Positions 5,055-13,715 of a stretch of 13,715 bases of DNA are shown here, piece by piece (positions within the stretch are counted from its first letter, which is position 1; each line of letters opens with the position of its first letter). Made by a program: the position numbers and the translations under genes. The notes beneath the pieces are model-generated. The model saw only the letters and a program-made list of their open reading frames with translations. It made no database searches and was not told where the DNA came from. Source of the stretch: Armatimonadota bacterium (GTDB taxonomy: Bacteria > Armatimonadota > Armatimonadia > Armatimonadales > Armatimonadaceae); contig JAYUUO010000097.1 in NCBI GenBank assembly GCA_043754515.1, forward strand, positions 1 to 13,715. The letters run 5' to 3'.

Positions 5055-7204
5055 GGGCGGCTCCTTTTCTGCATGGTCACACCATGCGTGGACTCGATCA
5101 GGGCGCGCGCGTTCAGGTCCGCCGCCGTGAGCGTGCCGCCAGTCGCGGGGACGTATACCACCACCGAAACTGACCGGGCCGGGTCGAACACGCTCGTCGC
5201 GGTCACGGTGATCGGCTGGATCAGCGCGGTCGCCGCCGGGGGGGTGAGGTTACCGGCCGCGTCTATGGTCCCGGCGGAGGCGGCGTACGTCACGCCGCCG
5301 GGCGGGTTCCCGGATCCTGCGACGAGGGCGGTCAGCGGGACGGCGACACCGCCCGCGACGAACAGAGGCGGATTCACGAAACTCACCCCCGACACTGAGA
5401 CGGCGGGCGTCGTGATCACCACGGTCGCCGACTGCGTGCCGTCCGTCGTGGTGAACCGAAGCACGGCGTTCTGTTCGAGGGTCGAGGCGGGCGGGGCGGT
5501 ATAGGCCCCGCCCGACGTCACCGTGCCCGGCCCGGCGATGAGCGACCAGGTGCCGGTTTGGGGCGCGGTGATGGGCAAGACCGACGCGGAGAGCTGTGTC
5601 ACCGAACCGGGCGCGACCGACGCGGGCGGCTGTGCGTCGGCACGCGCGGCGGACGACGGCGGCGCCAGCGCGGTGAGTATCGGCCCTGTCACCGCGTACC
5701 ATTTCGCGCCCATGATGTCGTGTCCGCCTTGGATAGGGTGCTGGCTCGACATGAGTGCCGGGTTCGCCTGCATGAAGGCGAAAAATGTGGTGTCGCCCAT
5801 CACGACGCCTGGCGTCGCTGCCGTTACCTCGGCATCGGCCTGCTGATACAGTTGCAGATTCGCGTTCGCCTGAGACAGCGTAACCGTGCCGGAACCATTC
5901 ACACTGTAGGTACAGGGTTCCTGGTTCAGAATCACCCGCTCGATGCCGGTCCCGCCCGCGAGGAGCGCGGAAACGATAGACTGTAAACTCGCTTTGTACG
6001 CCGCTTTCGAGACGCCGGACGCGCCGCTATAGCAGTCGTTCATGCCGAGCATGACCTGAGCGACGTTCACCCCCGCCGCCTGAAACGCCGCGAGCATGTT
6101 CGTAAACTGTGCGCTACCAGGCGCGTACCCTGCTGTAGTGATGCCGGGGATGCCCGCGTTCACCCGCCCCACGCTATAACCCGCCCCCTTCAGCGCGAAT
6201 ATCTCCGTGTCAAATCCGTTCCTAGTCGTACTGTTGAATCCAAACGTGATCGAGTCGCCTATCGCGCCGATCACCAGCCCGCCGTTCGCGCGGGATCTAA
6301 CCGTCGTAACGGCTACCTCGTTGCCGTCCGTGACCTGCGCCCCGCCCGCTTTTTGATCCGTCGTGCGCAGTTTGTAATAATACGTCGCGCCGGGAGTCAG
6401 TCCCGAATCGGCGAGCGTAAGACCTGTCGCGCCCGTGACCGCCGTACCCGCGCCGGGAACAAAGCCGGACGCTGTACCTCGGTGCCACTGAACAGAGAGC
6501 GCGCCGAAGCCGCCCGAGGGTGGGGAACTCGTCACTGCCGCCGCCGTGCGCGTGACGTTGATCGTGTCAACGCTCGCCGCCCCCGCGACGATAGGCCCGC
6601 CCGCGCTGTAGGAGTAAGTTGCCATTCGATCGATTTCCGCGCCATAGCCGGGAAACCCGCCCCCGCCGAACGTGCCCGCGTAACCTTGAAGCCCCGCGTT
6701 CGTATCCACTTGCGAGACTGACAATAAAACCGTGTTGAGGTCGCCGGGGGCGTAGAACGTCGCGGTCAGCGTGGTGGTGGTCGCGTTCGTCTGTGTGACG
6801 ATAAAATCGAACACGTAGCTCGCGGGCAGTTGTACGCCCGTCGCGGTCCAGTTCTGATATTCCGCCGCGACGCCACCAAGGGCGTAACCAAATTTGTAAA
6901 GATTTCCGTCCGCAAGCACGATGCTGAAGCCCCGCCCGCCGCTAGTCGCGTCATACCTGCCGACCGCGCCGACCCGCGCGAACGTGATTGGCGAGACGAA
7001 CACGCGCACTTTCCCCTCGACGCTCGCCTCTGATGCGGGGCGCGTACACCCGTTTAGAGGTAGAGTGCCGGCTAGCGTCCCCTGAGCCTCTAGCGTTCCG
7101 GCCTTAATGTGCCAGGCGGGGTCTTGCGCGACCCACCCATTCCCCACCGATGGGCCATCCGCGCGTGAGGAGAATGTGTCGTCAATAACTAGTGTGTAGG
7201 GCAT
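5051..7204 (-). CDS. Tail-associated multidomain protein: beta-rich N-domain, fibronectin type III, SGNH/GDSL hydrolase, Ig-like repeats
   Basis: FN3 motif 'DSGLTPGATYYYKLR'; SGNH blocks I 'GDSITFG', II 'NAGIPG', III 'LGMND' and V '..HP...GH..M'; Ig-like 'WSL..GPGTVTSGGAYTAP' and 'GTIDAAGNLTPP'. RBS AGGAAAG upstream. Confidence 0.85.
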   Translation of the reverse strand: MPYTLVIDDTFSSRADGPSVGNGWVAQDPAWHIKAGTLEAQGTLAGTLPLNGCTRPASEASVEGKVRVFVSPITFARVGAVGRYDATSGGRGFSIVLADGNLYKFGYALGGVAAEYQNWTATGVQLPASYVFDFIVTQTNATTTTLTATFYAPGDLNTVLLSVSQVDTNAGLQGYAGTFGGGGFPGYGAEIDRMATYSYSAGGPIVAGAASVDTINVTRTAAAVTSSPPSGGFGALSVQWHRGTASGFVPGAGTAVTGATGLTLADSGLTPGATYYYKLRTTDQKAGGAQVTDGNEVAVTTVRSRANGGLVIGAIGDSITFGFNSTTRNGFDTEIFALKGAGYSVGRVNAGIPGITTAGYAPGSAQFTNMLAAFQAAGVNVAQVMLGMNDCYSGASGVSKAAYKASLQSIVSALLAGGTGIERVILNQEPCTYSVNGSGTVTLSQANANLQLYQQADAEVTAATPGVVMGDTTFFAFMQANPALMSSQHPIQGGHDIMGAKWYAVTGPILTALAPPSSAARADAQPPASVAPGSVTQLSASVLPITAPQTGTWSLIAGPGTVTSGGAYTAPPASTLEQNAVLRFTTTDGTQSATVVITTPAVSVSGVSFVNPPLFVAGGVAVPLTALVAGSGNPPGGVTYAASAGTIDAAGNLTPPAATALIQPITVTATSVFDPARSVSVVVYVPATGGTLTAADLNARALIESTHGVTMQKRSRP

Positions 7205-7331
7205 GAATGATGTTTTCTTTCCTGTTATTCGGTCGGAATCAGTGAATCGAGGGGCGGCGGCGAGATGCCCCGCCCGTAGTCGTGAGAATCGCGACGGACT
7301 GCCCAGTGCGGTTCTTTGAGTCGCGTTCTTA

Positions 7332-10300
7332 CTAAGCCGCCGAGGTGTTGGCGTTGAGCGAGTTGCGTCCGGCGTCGGTGTAGGTTTTGGAGATGACGTG
7401 CCACTCGTAGCCGGTCGTGCTACCGCCCCGCGCGGAGCGAAGCGTCACGCTCTGCCAGTCGCCGGAAAGTTGCCGCAGGGCAAGGGTGCCCCGGATCGTC
7501 TGGGGCGTCGCTGTCGGCCCGCCCCCGACCACCGTGATGATCTTGCCGCTGTTCGCGCCGAACGAATCCTGGCGCACCACGGTGACCGTTTTGCCGACAT
7601 CTCCCGCGCCGGTAATCACCGGAAGAGTGACGTTGATGTTGCCGCCGTAGCAATCCGCGACGACATGGCTGTTGAGGTTCGCGACCTGGTAGAAGGCCGA
7701 CGCATCCTCCTCCGTCGTCTGGAACGTGCCCGCGCCGCCGGAAGGCGGCACCCAGGCGCGGACGCCGAGGTGCGACGAACTCAGAACGTAGCCGTCCGCC
7801 GCCGGGACGCCGAGCGCGGGTTCCGCGCCGATGGCTACCGGCATCACGGGGTCGCTCCCGCCCGTAGCGTGAGTCGGCGCGTGCGCGGGGAGCGACGTCG
7901 TGCCCGTCGTCCCCCCGAACGTGAGCGACCCCGCCGAAGTACCGCCCCCGCCGCTACCGCCGCTATTGCCCCCGTCCCTTACGAGTGCCTTTCGGACGAT
8001 CTCGCGCGTGACGCGCGTCTCGCTCGGCCGCTCCGTGTTCGTGATGGGCCGCAGTTTCAGCAGGCCGCGCCCGTCCCACTCCCCCTCCACTTCCACGATT
8101 GGCAGTGGCACAGGCAGGATGGCCAGGCCGTCCGCGCCGATCCCGTGCAGGTAAACCCCTGGGTAGAAATCGTACGCGTAGCCGATTGTCTGGACCTGCG
8201 GCCGGTCGAACGGCAGCGAGGTGCGGGCAAGCCGCGCCGCCGCGAACGCGTTGCCGTCCCGCTCCGTCGCCACCGACTTTTCGTCCACGAGGTCCGTGAT
8301 CCGGCTGTACGTCGCCTCGCTCCCCGCGACCGGCGAGGCGGGGTCGAACGCGTCCACCGCCGCCGTAAATTGCGTGTAGGTGTCGCCTTCGATAAACACC
8401 GAGTTCTTCCCCGCCGCCGAGGATGCGACCAACGCGCCCGAATCCCGTAGCTCCAGCGCGTCGAGCTGGGTGGTGCCGGTGCCGCGCAGAACGAGCGACA
8501 CGCGCACCGTGCGGCAGTCGCCAGGGATCACGCACGAGACGGACAGTTGCTTCCAGACGATGCCGGGGTCGGCGGGACAGTCCGCCTTGACGACGCGCAG
8601 GTACTCGTTCTGCGCGTTAAACTGGAAGATCTGCATCTGGATCTTGGGGCGCGTTCCCCCGCCCGCCGCCGTCGCCTGCGTGGTCTTCGCCCACGCCGAG
8701 AACACGACCTGCTGGCCGACGGTGACGCCGATGGCCGGGTTGTCGTGGGGGCGGACGGCGATGTCCTGCTCGTCCACGTCCGTTGACGTCGCCGCGATCC
8801 GCAGCGAGTACGCCCCGTGGTAGGCACTGTCTATCCCGGCACCCTCGTACGCCCAATCTATTTCCTGCACCGACGCCGATCCGCGCGGGAAGATCTCCCA
8901 ACCGCTCTGCACCACCGCCCGCGCCCCCGAGAAACTCAGGCTGTCCACCAGGATGCCGCCCGGAGCCGCCGCCGGTTTGAAGTCAAATACCACCGAGCAG
9001 CGGCCTTTAACTGCGCCCGCCGGGCATACCGAATCGAGCGTGAAGCTCTGGAAACTGTCCGCGCTGTCGAGCCCGCTCGTGTTGTCGAAGCTCGCCGTCT
9101 GGGGGGTTCCGATCGCCGCGCCGGTGCTGTTCAGCCACACGATCTGGAGTCTCGCCCGGTTCCCGACGCCCGCGCCGGACGTGCCGACCCGCAGGCGCAT
9201 CCGCGCCCGGAACCTGTAGGGCTGGCCGGGGATCACCCGCGACGCGTCCGCCGCGAACGGCTTCATCACCGCGTCCCCCTGGCCCGGCAGCTCGATCATG
9301 TAATCGCCGCCGTCCGTCTCGCCCCACACGTCGCCGCGCGGGCGCACCGCCGCGCCCCCCGTAAGCGTCCACGCGTCGAGCGCGGACAGGGTGCCCGTGC
9401 CGCCCGTAGAACCGAGCGTGCCACACTTCCCGGCGAGCATCAGGATCAGGCCGAGGGCCTTCGCCCCGGCGTTCACGTTCTGCAAAATCCTGTAGTCGCC
9501 GGGGACGAAGCCGGTACCGCCCGTGATCGTGAGCGTGCCGAGCACGTACTGCACGCTGAAGCCGGGGCTCGCCGGGGTGCTCGGCGTGAACACCCCCGAG
9601 TTGCCGGAAAACTCGTTCGAGATCGTGATATTCGACACAGCGACCGGGGCGATGGGCACGCCGGGGGGGTAGCCGATCCCGTCGAAGCCGCCGTCAACGA
9701 GCAGATTGCCGATGGTGTCGGCGGTGACGTAGGAAGGGTACTCGAAGCTCGTGTTGCCGCCGCACGCCTGCGCGAGGAGGTTCGGGAACCGGTGCTTGCC
9801 GCCCACGATGTCCACGGCGTTCGCGATCTGGGTGGAGTCTTGCTCGGTGTTGTAGTCGAGCACCGACTTGCCGGGGTCGGGGAGCGTGATGCTCACCGCG
9901 TTTTGGGGGTCGCCGAACGGGCGCAGGTAAATGCGGTCGCGGCCCGTCACCGGGTCCACGTCGCCGCCCGACACAGCAAAGCCCCCGGTCGCGTCCACAA
10001 GTTCCGTCGCCACGTCGCCGAGCGTCTTGCGCCAGGCGTCGAGATACGTCATCGCCTGTCCGACTGTTCGCCCGTCTATCACGATTTTTGGCGCGACGTT
10101 CTTCGTCCACCGGCCCGCGACACGCGCGAACAGCGCGCCGACGTCCGTGCCGTCGCCGAGCGCGTAGCGTTGCATGACCCGGTCGCGCTTGCGCCGGAGC
10201 CAGGCCCCGTGAATGGTAACCACCGTCTGCCGAATGCTCTTCGCGGCGGTGGTACCCATCTCCCTGTGCTGCTCAGCGATGTACGTGATGTAGCCCCGGT

Positions 10301-10553
10301 AAAGCCGGGTTTTAACCCCGCTCCGGTTCATGCCCCAGAACTCGACGCACCGGCCCGAAACGATACCGGGGAGAACCGAGAGCGCGCCGTTCAGGGTAAT
10401 CTCCGCGTCCGCGTAGCCGTCGAGCCGCGTGATGCGCCACCGGGCCGGTCCGACCGTTTTCGCCGGCAAGACCCGGTAGGGCGTGGAATTGTCCACCGGG
10501 AGGCCGAACGCGGGCGCGGCGAACAGGCGCACCTCGAAGAGTGGTGTTGGCAT
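7332..10553 (-). CDS. Baseplate hub/Tal-like minor tail protein with inserted CBM4/9-like domains
   Basis: Lies after the Dit-like gene. Has an N-terminal hub-like region ('LYRGYIT', 'IANAVDIVGG'), CBM-like motifs ('NLLVDGGFD', 'NTSFE', 'AYHGAYSLRI', 'VVFSAWAKT') and the tail-protein motif 'HAPTHATGGSDP'. Confidence 0.8.
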   Translation of the reverse strand: MPTPLFEVRLFAAPAFGLPVDNSTPYRVLPAKTVGPARWRITRLDGYADAEITLNGALSVLPGIVSGRCVEFWGMNRSGVKTRLYRGYITYIAEQHREMGTTAAKSIRQTVVTIHGAWLRRKRDRVMQRYALGDGTDVGALFARVAGRWTKNVAPKIVIDGRTVGQAMTYLDAWRKTLGDVATELVDATGGFAVSGGDVDPVTGRDRIYLRPFGDPQNAVSITLPDPGKSVLDYNTEQDSTQIANAVDIVGGKHRFPNLLAQACGGNTSFEYPSYVTADTIGNLLVDGGFDGIGYPPGVPIAPVAVSNITISNEFSGNSGVFTPSTPASPGFSVQYVLGTLTITGGTGFVPGDYRILQNVNAGAKALGLILMLAGKCGTLGSTGGTGTLSALDAWTLTGGAAVRPRGDVWGETDGGDYMIELPGQGDAVMKPFAADASRVIPGQPYRFRARMRLRVGTSGAGVGNRARLQIVWLNSTGAAIGTPQTASFDNTSGLDSADSFQSFTLDSVCPAGAVKGRCSVVFDFKPAAAPGGILVDSLSFSGARAVVQSGWEIFPRGSASVQEIDWAYEGAGIDSAYHGAYSLRIAATSTDVDEQDIAVRPHDNPAIGVTVGQQVVFSAWAKTTQATAAGGGTRPKIQMQIFQFNAQNEYLRVVKADCPADPGIVWKQLSVSCVIPGDCRTVRVSLVLRGTGTTQLDALELRDSGALVASSAAGKNSVFIEGDTYTQFTAAVDAFDPASPVAGSEATYSRITDLVDEKSVATERDGNAFAAARLARTSLPFDRPQVQTIGYAYDFYPGVYLHGIGADGLAILPVPLPIVEVEGEWDGRGLLKLRPITNTERPSETRVTREIVRKALVRDGGNSGGSGGGGTSAGSLTFGGTTGTTSLPAHAPTHATGGSDPVMPVAIGAEPALGVPAADGYVLSSSHLGVRAWVPPSGGAGTFQTTEEDASAFYQVANLNSHVVADCYGGNINVTLPVITGAGDVGKTVTVVRQDSFGANSGKIITVVGGGPTATPQTIRGTLALRQLSGDWQSVTLRSARGGSTTGYEWHVISKTYTDAGRNSLNANTSAA

Positions 10554-10572
10554 GAGGAGAACTTTCTAGGAA

Positions 10573-10613
10573 AAACCGCATCAGACAAAAGCCGCTTTTG
10601 TCTGATGCGGTTT
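10573..10613. repeat. Perfect 41-bp palindrome (20-bp arms) between the Dit-like and Tal-like genes
   Basis: AAACCGCATCAGACAAAAGC-C-GCTTTTGTCTGATGCGGTTT. Confidence 0.95.
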
Positions 10614-10618
10614 GTTCC

Positions 10619-11401
10619 CTATGCGCCTGCGAACCGCTGGCGGTAGATGGCACTCGCCGAGGAGAGCGTCGCGCCCCCCGCGAGGGTGAGGGAAATCGAA
10701 CCGGGGCCTGGGCCGATCCCCGACAGGAACGATCCCGAAAACTCGCCCGTGCAGTCAACCCCGCCCCGCGAGCAGAGGCCGTTCGCGCAGTCCACTTGAA
10801 CCGTGCCGGTCGCGGTCGGGGCGAGCATGAACGAGTCCGTTGCGAGTCCGCCCAAGAAGGAGGTGACGGTGATCGTGCTACCGACCGGCGCGGCGGAGAC
10901 GACGAGCGTGATGCCGGGGATCGCGCGGCGCGTGCCCCCCGGAGTGATCGCCGTGCTACCGCCCCCGGACGCGAGTGCCTGCGTGAACAGCGTCGTGCTC
11001 TGGTACATCGGGTCGCTCGCCCGGAAGAGCATCTGCCAGTCCGTGTACTCCAGGCCGTCGTCGCGCCCGCGCTGGACGGCGGACAGCTGGCACGTCAGGT
11101 ACCTGTCCGCGTTCTTGTAGAGTTTGCCAACCACGCCCCCGACCACGCCCGCGTTCAGTGTATCCCAGTACGCCTGGAGCGTGTCCGCATCGGGAGCCTG
11201 GAGCAATCCGCCGATGCCGATCACGCGCGGCTCCGCCGTGCCGGGCACGGAGTACTCACCGTCGGCGAACGCGTCGGCGGTCGGGATCCGGTACCCGAGT
11301 TTGTCGGGGTCGCCCCAGTACTCGATGGTGTAGGGCTCGGTGAACGTGAACACGGGGGAGCCGTCGGACGGTTCCCAGCGCGCGGTATAGTCTATAGCCA
11401 T
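10619..11401 (-). CDS. Distal tail protein (Dit)-like
   Basis: 260 aa, downstream of the tape measure. Motifs 'EPRVI.IGG.L', 'GKLY...DRYL.C', 'FRASDP.Y' and C-terminal 'YRQRF' are typical of siphophage Dit proteins. Confidence 0.8.
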   Translation of the reverse strand: MAIDYTARWEPSDGSPVFTFTEPYTIEYWGDPDKLGYRIPTADAFADGEYSVPGTAEPRVIGIGGLLQAPDADTLQAYWDTLNAGVVGGVVGKLYKNADRYLTCQLSAVQRGRDDGLEYTDWQMLFRASDPMYQSTTLFTQALASGGGSTAITPGGTRRAIPGITLVVSAAPVGSTITVTSFLGGLATDSFMLAPTATGTVQVDCANGLCSRGGVDCTGEFSGSFLSGIGPGPGSISLTLAGGATLSSASAIYRQRFAGA

Positions 11402-11413
11402 GTCAGCTTCTTC

Positions 11414-11920
11414 CTAGGAAAGACCGAGCCGGATGAGCGATGTATTCGCGACCAGAAGCCCGGTCGCGGCCAGGATCGGTGTCGCGGGGAGCGCGATGCC
11501 GGTCGTTATCGTCGCGACATAAGATCCGGCGTTGTCGCCGTAGTACGTGTCGTTGAAGTTGAGCCATATCTGGCCGGTTGACGCCGCAACGAAATACACT
11601 TCGCCGTCGGTCGTGGTGCCGACGCGAAATGGCATGACCGCGTCATGGACCTGCGCGACGGGTTCAACGGCACTCACCGCGATGGCCAGGCCGAAAAGAG
11701 CGACGGCGGACGCCGCGAACCCGCTCACGTCCGCCGGGTAGCGGGGGTACACCCCCGCTACCCGCCCGGTGTCGCCGTAGGGTGGATATTCGTTAGAAGA
11801 CCCGCTGATCGGCGCGACCGCGCCCGTGGCGAAGACCCGGAGGATGTCCCCCGCGCGGGCGGACACCCCGGAGGGCGTCCACGCGAACGAATTGCCGGGC
11901 ACGGTAATTATCGTAGTCAT
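11414..11920 (-). CDS. LecA/PA-IL-like lectin-domain protein
   Basis: The pattern 'W..SGV...AGD.L.V.ATG ... PF.VG ... A.STGQIWL.FND..Y.DNAGSY.ATI' matches my recollection of PA-IL-like domains. The ATG overlaps the tape-measure TGA (ATGA). Confidence 0.65.
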   Translation of the reverse strand: MTTIITVPGNSFAWTPSGVSARAGDILRVFATGAVAPISGSSNEYPPYGDTGRVAGVYPRYPADVSGFAASAVALFGLAIAVSAVEPVAQVHDAVMPFRVGTTTDGEVYFVAASTGQIWLNFNDTYYGDNAGSYVATITTGIALPATPILAATGLLVANTSLIRLGLS

Positions 11921-13713
11921 TCCGTCAGTGCCTCCCGCCGCCGCTTGCTCTCCTGCTGTCGCGCCACGATCTCGGCGTCCATCCTGTCATAGACCGGCGC
12001 GTGGAAGTGGTTCACGATGCCGGCGTCGATGGTCCGCGTGGTTTCGGTATTCCGGCCTGCGCCGCGCTCGCTGCTCGCGCCCGCCGCCGCCGCGATTAGT
12101 CGGCGGCTGATGCCCGCCGGGAGCACGACGGACCTGCCGGTGGGCGTGTAGTCCACCGGCCCGCCGACGCCGACGGCCGACACGCGCCCACCCCCGAACA
12201 ATAGCTCCATCCCCGCCTCGCCCATCCGCGCCCGGTGACCCGAGACCGGGTAGCCCCCGTCCGCGAAATGGTAGCCGAGCGACGTCCCTCCGGTGAGCAC
12301 CGGGTTCGTGCCCCCCGAGCCGACGAACCCACCCGCGCCCCCGCCGCCCTTAGCCGCGCCGAGGCCGAAGCCTCCGGCGAGACCGGTGCCGAGCGAGAGT
12401 GCCGCGCCGAGGATATTGCCCTGCCCTGCCTGCGCGCCCGCCGAGAAGCCGGTGAGCGCGCCCGCCGGCCCGCCGAGCGCGAACCCCAGGATGCCCCCGA
12501 GGATGCCCCCGAATATTCCGCCGCCCTGTTTCTTGCTGTTTTTCTGCGCGAGGAGCGATACCACCACCGAGAGGGCGTTCGCCCCCTGCGCGATGGCTGC
12601 GCCCGCGTCCGTGCCGCCCGCTGCGAGCTTCGCGGCCTGCTCGTCGAAGAACTTGCTGAGGGGTCCTTCGACGAACCGGCGCGAGGCGTAGTCGGCGAAC
12701 GAATCCGCCGCCGTCTTGCCGAGATCCGCGAACGTGGCCTCGAGCACCTTGCCGTTGTCCTCGCCGCCCGCCGCGCCGTGGAGCAGTTTCCCAGCCGCGC
12801 CTTCCGCCCCCGCGTGCAGACTGCCGAACGTGCCGCCTGTGATGGCGTCCGCCGCCGCGTAGTTTGCCTCGAGCCGCGCCTTCACCGACTCCGTGTCGCG
12901 CCGGGTGATCGCTGCGTTGATCGCGTTCGGGTCGCTCCCCGCGCCCTGCAAGTCATCCCGGTACCGCTCCGTGATTTGCCGGAGGCGGTTATCGTAGAAC
13001 GCGTGGAGCAGATCCGCCGCGCGCCCGAACTGCCCCATGCGCTTCGCGTGGAGCTGCGCGAGTTCGAGCGACTCCGAATCCGCTTCGAGGAAGGAGCGGT
13101 AGTTCTTGCGCCGCTCCTCGTACTCATCCACGTCGTCTTTCGTCTGTTTCTCTGCGAGCTTGAGTTGCTTCGCGGCCTCTTTCGCGGTCGCGGTCGCCGC
13201 CTTCGCTATGGCAACGACCGCCTTCTGTTTTGCTTTCGGGATAGCTTCGTTGTCGCGCTTGTCGGCGGCCTGGTTCGCGATCTGGATCGCGTCCACGAAC
13301 CCGATCAGCGCGGCTTTCGGGTTGGCCGCCTTCGCGTCCTGGTAACGCTTCGATCCGGCCACGATCTCGGATTCTTTGAGCAGCTTCGACCGCTCGCGGG
13401 CCGCGAGCGCGAGGAGTTCCATCTGCTCGGGGCTGCTCGACTTCCCGAGCGCGTCGAGCGTCGCCTTGAACGTCTCGTTCTGCCCCCGAAGCGCGGTGCG
13501 TCCTAGTTTCTCACTCGCCTGGCGTGCTTGCTTCTCCTGGAGGGCGGCTTCCCGCGCTTCCTTCTTCTTTTCCCGCTCGTCCGCTTTTTGTTCGCGAGTT
13601 CGCGCCCGCTCCGCCGCCGCCGCGTCCCGGTTGCGGCCCGCGCCCGAATACAAACCGGTGTTACGCGGCGCGGCAAGTTTTGCGATCGTCGCCGCGTCCC
13701 GCTTGTTCTCCTG
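11917..13713 (-). CDS. Tail tape-measure protein, C-terminal part (5' end outside the window)
   Basis: The frame stays open upstream of 13653 to the window edge. Long Ala/Lys/Glu helical region, Gly-rich hydrophobic stretch, and the 'HFADGG...MGEAGMEL' motif typical of tape-measure C-termini. Confidence 0.88.
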   Translation of the reverse strand, partial: QENKRDAATIAKLAAPRNTGLYSGAGRNRDAAAAERARTREQKADEREKKKEAREAALQEKQARQASEKLGRTALRGQNETFKATLDALGKSSSPEQMELLALAARERSKLLKESEIVAGSKRYQDAKAANPKAALIGFVDAIQIANQAADKRDNEAIPKAKQKAVVAIAKAATATAKEAAKQLKLAEKQTKDDVDEYEERRKNYRSFLEADSESLELAQLHAKRMGQFGRAADLLHAFYDNRLRQITERYRDDLQGAGSDPNAINAAITRRDTESVKARLEANYAAADAITGGTFGSLHAGAEGAAGKLLHGAAGGEDNGKVLEATFADLGKTAADSFADYASRRFVEGPLSKFFDEQAAKLAAGGTDAGAAIAQGANALSVVVSLLAQKNSKKQGGGIFGGILGGILGFALGGPAGALTGFSAGAQAGQGNILGAALSLGTGLAGGFGLGAAKGGGGAGGFVGSGGTNPVLTGGTSLGYHFADGGYPVSGHRARMGEAGMELLFGGGRVSAVGVGGPVDYTPTGRSVVLPAGISRRLIAAAAGASSERGAGRNTETTRTIDAGIVNHFHAPVYDRMDAEIVARQQESKRRREALTE

Positions 13714-13715
13714 TG

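Noticed and set aside
5051..10553. Diversity-generating retroelement or shufflon acting on tail genes
   Set aside because: No reverse transcriptase or invertase, and I saw no template/variable repeat pair or alternative C-terminal cassettes in the window.
8817..10646. 609-aa plus-strand ORF, and similar ones at 7398-8450, 10598-11581 and 12235-13506
   Set aside because: Arg/Ala/Pro-rich antisense shadows of high-GC minus-strand tail genes, with no recognisable domains.
10563..11421. TTTCCTAG(A/G)AAG upstream of both the Dit-like and Tal-like starts
   Set aside because: Short, only two copies, and one includes the upstream stop codon. It could be chance or just purine-rich RBS context.
12489..12512. 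Tandem GGATGCCCCCGA x2
   Set aside because: It encodes the low-complexity GGILGGILG stretch of the tape-measure protein.

Overview
High-GC bacteriophage or prophage DNA, almost all coded on the minus strand. From right to left: the 3' part of a tape-measure gene (open at the window edge), a LecA/PA-IL-like lectin gene, a distal-tail (Dit)-like gene, a 1073-aa baseplate-hub/Tal-like protein with carbohydrate-binding-like inserts, an FN3/SGNH/Ig-like protein, then a lysis cassette of three membrane proteins and a GH25 endolysin. The left end (1-1700) holds a small regulatory/early-type module: three leftward ORFs and a divergent ribbon-helix-helix regulator, with palindromic operators and a twice-repeated promoter-plus-start-codon motif. 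The most unusual feature lies at the junction of these modules. A single alpha/beta-hydrolase gene sits tightly between two 118-bp inverted repeats (1694-1811 and 2512-2629, 3 mismatches). Each repeat contains a 79-bp MITE-like unit with its own terminal inverted repeats and TA flanks. The repeats supply the stop codons of three different genes, and no transposase or recombinase is present in the window. Family assignments come from motif recognition by eye; no searches were run.
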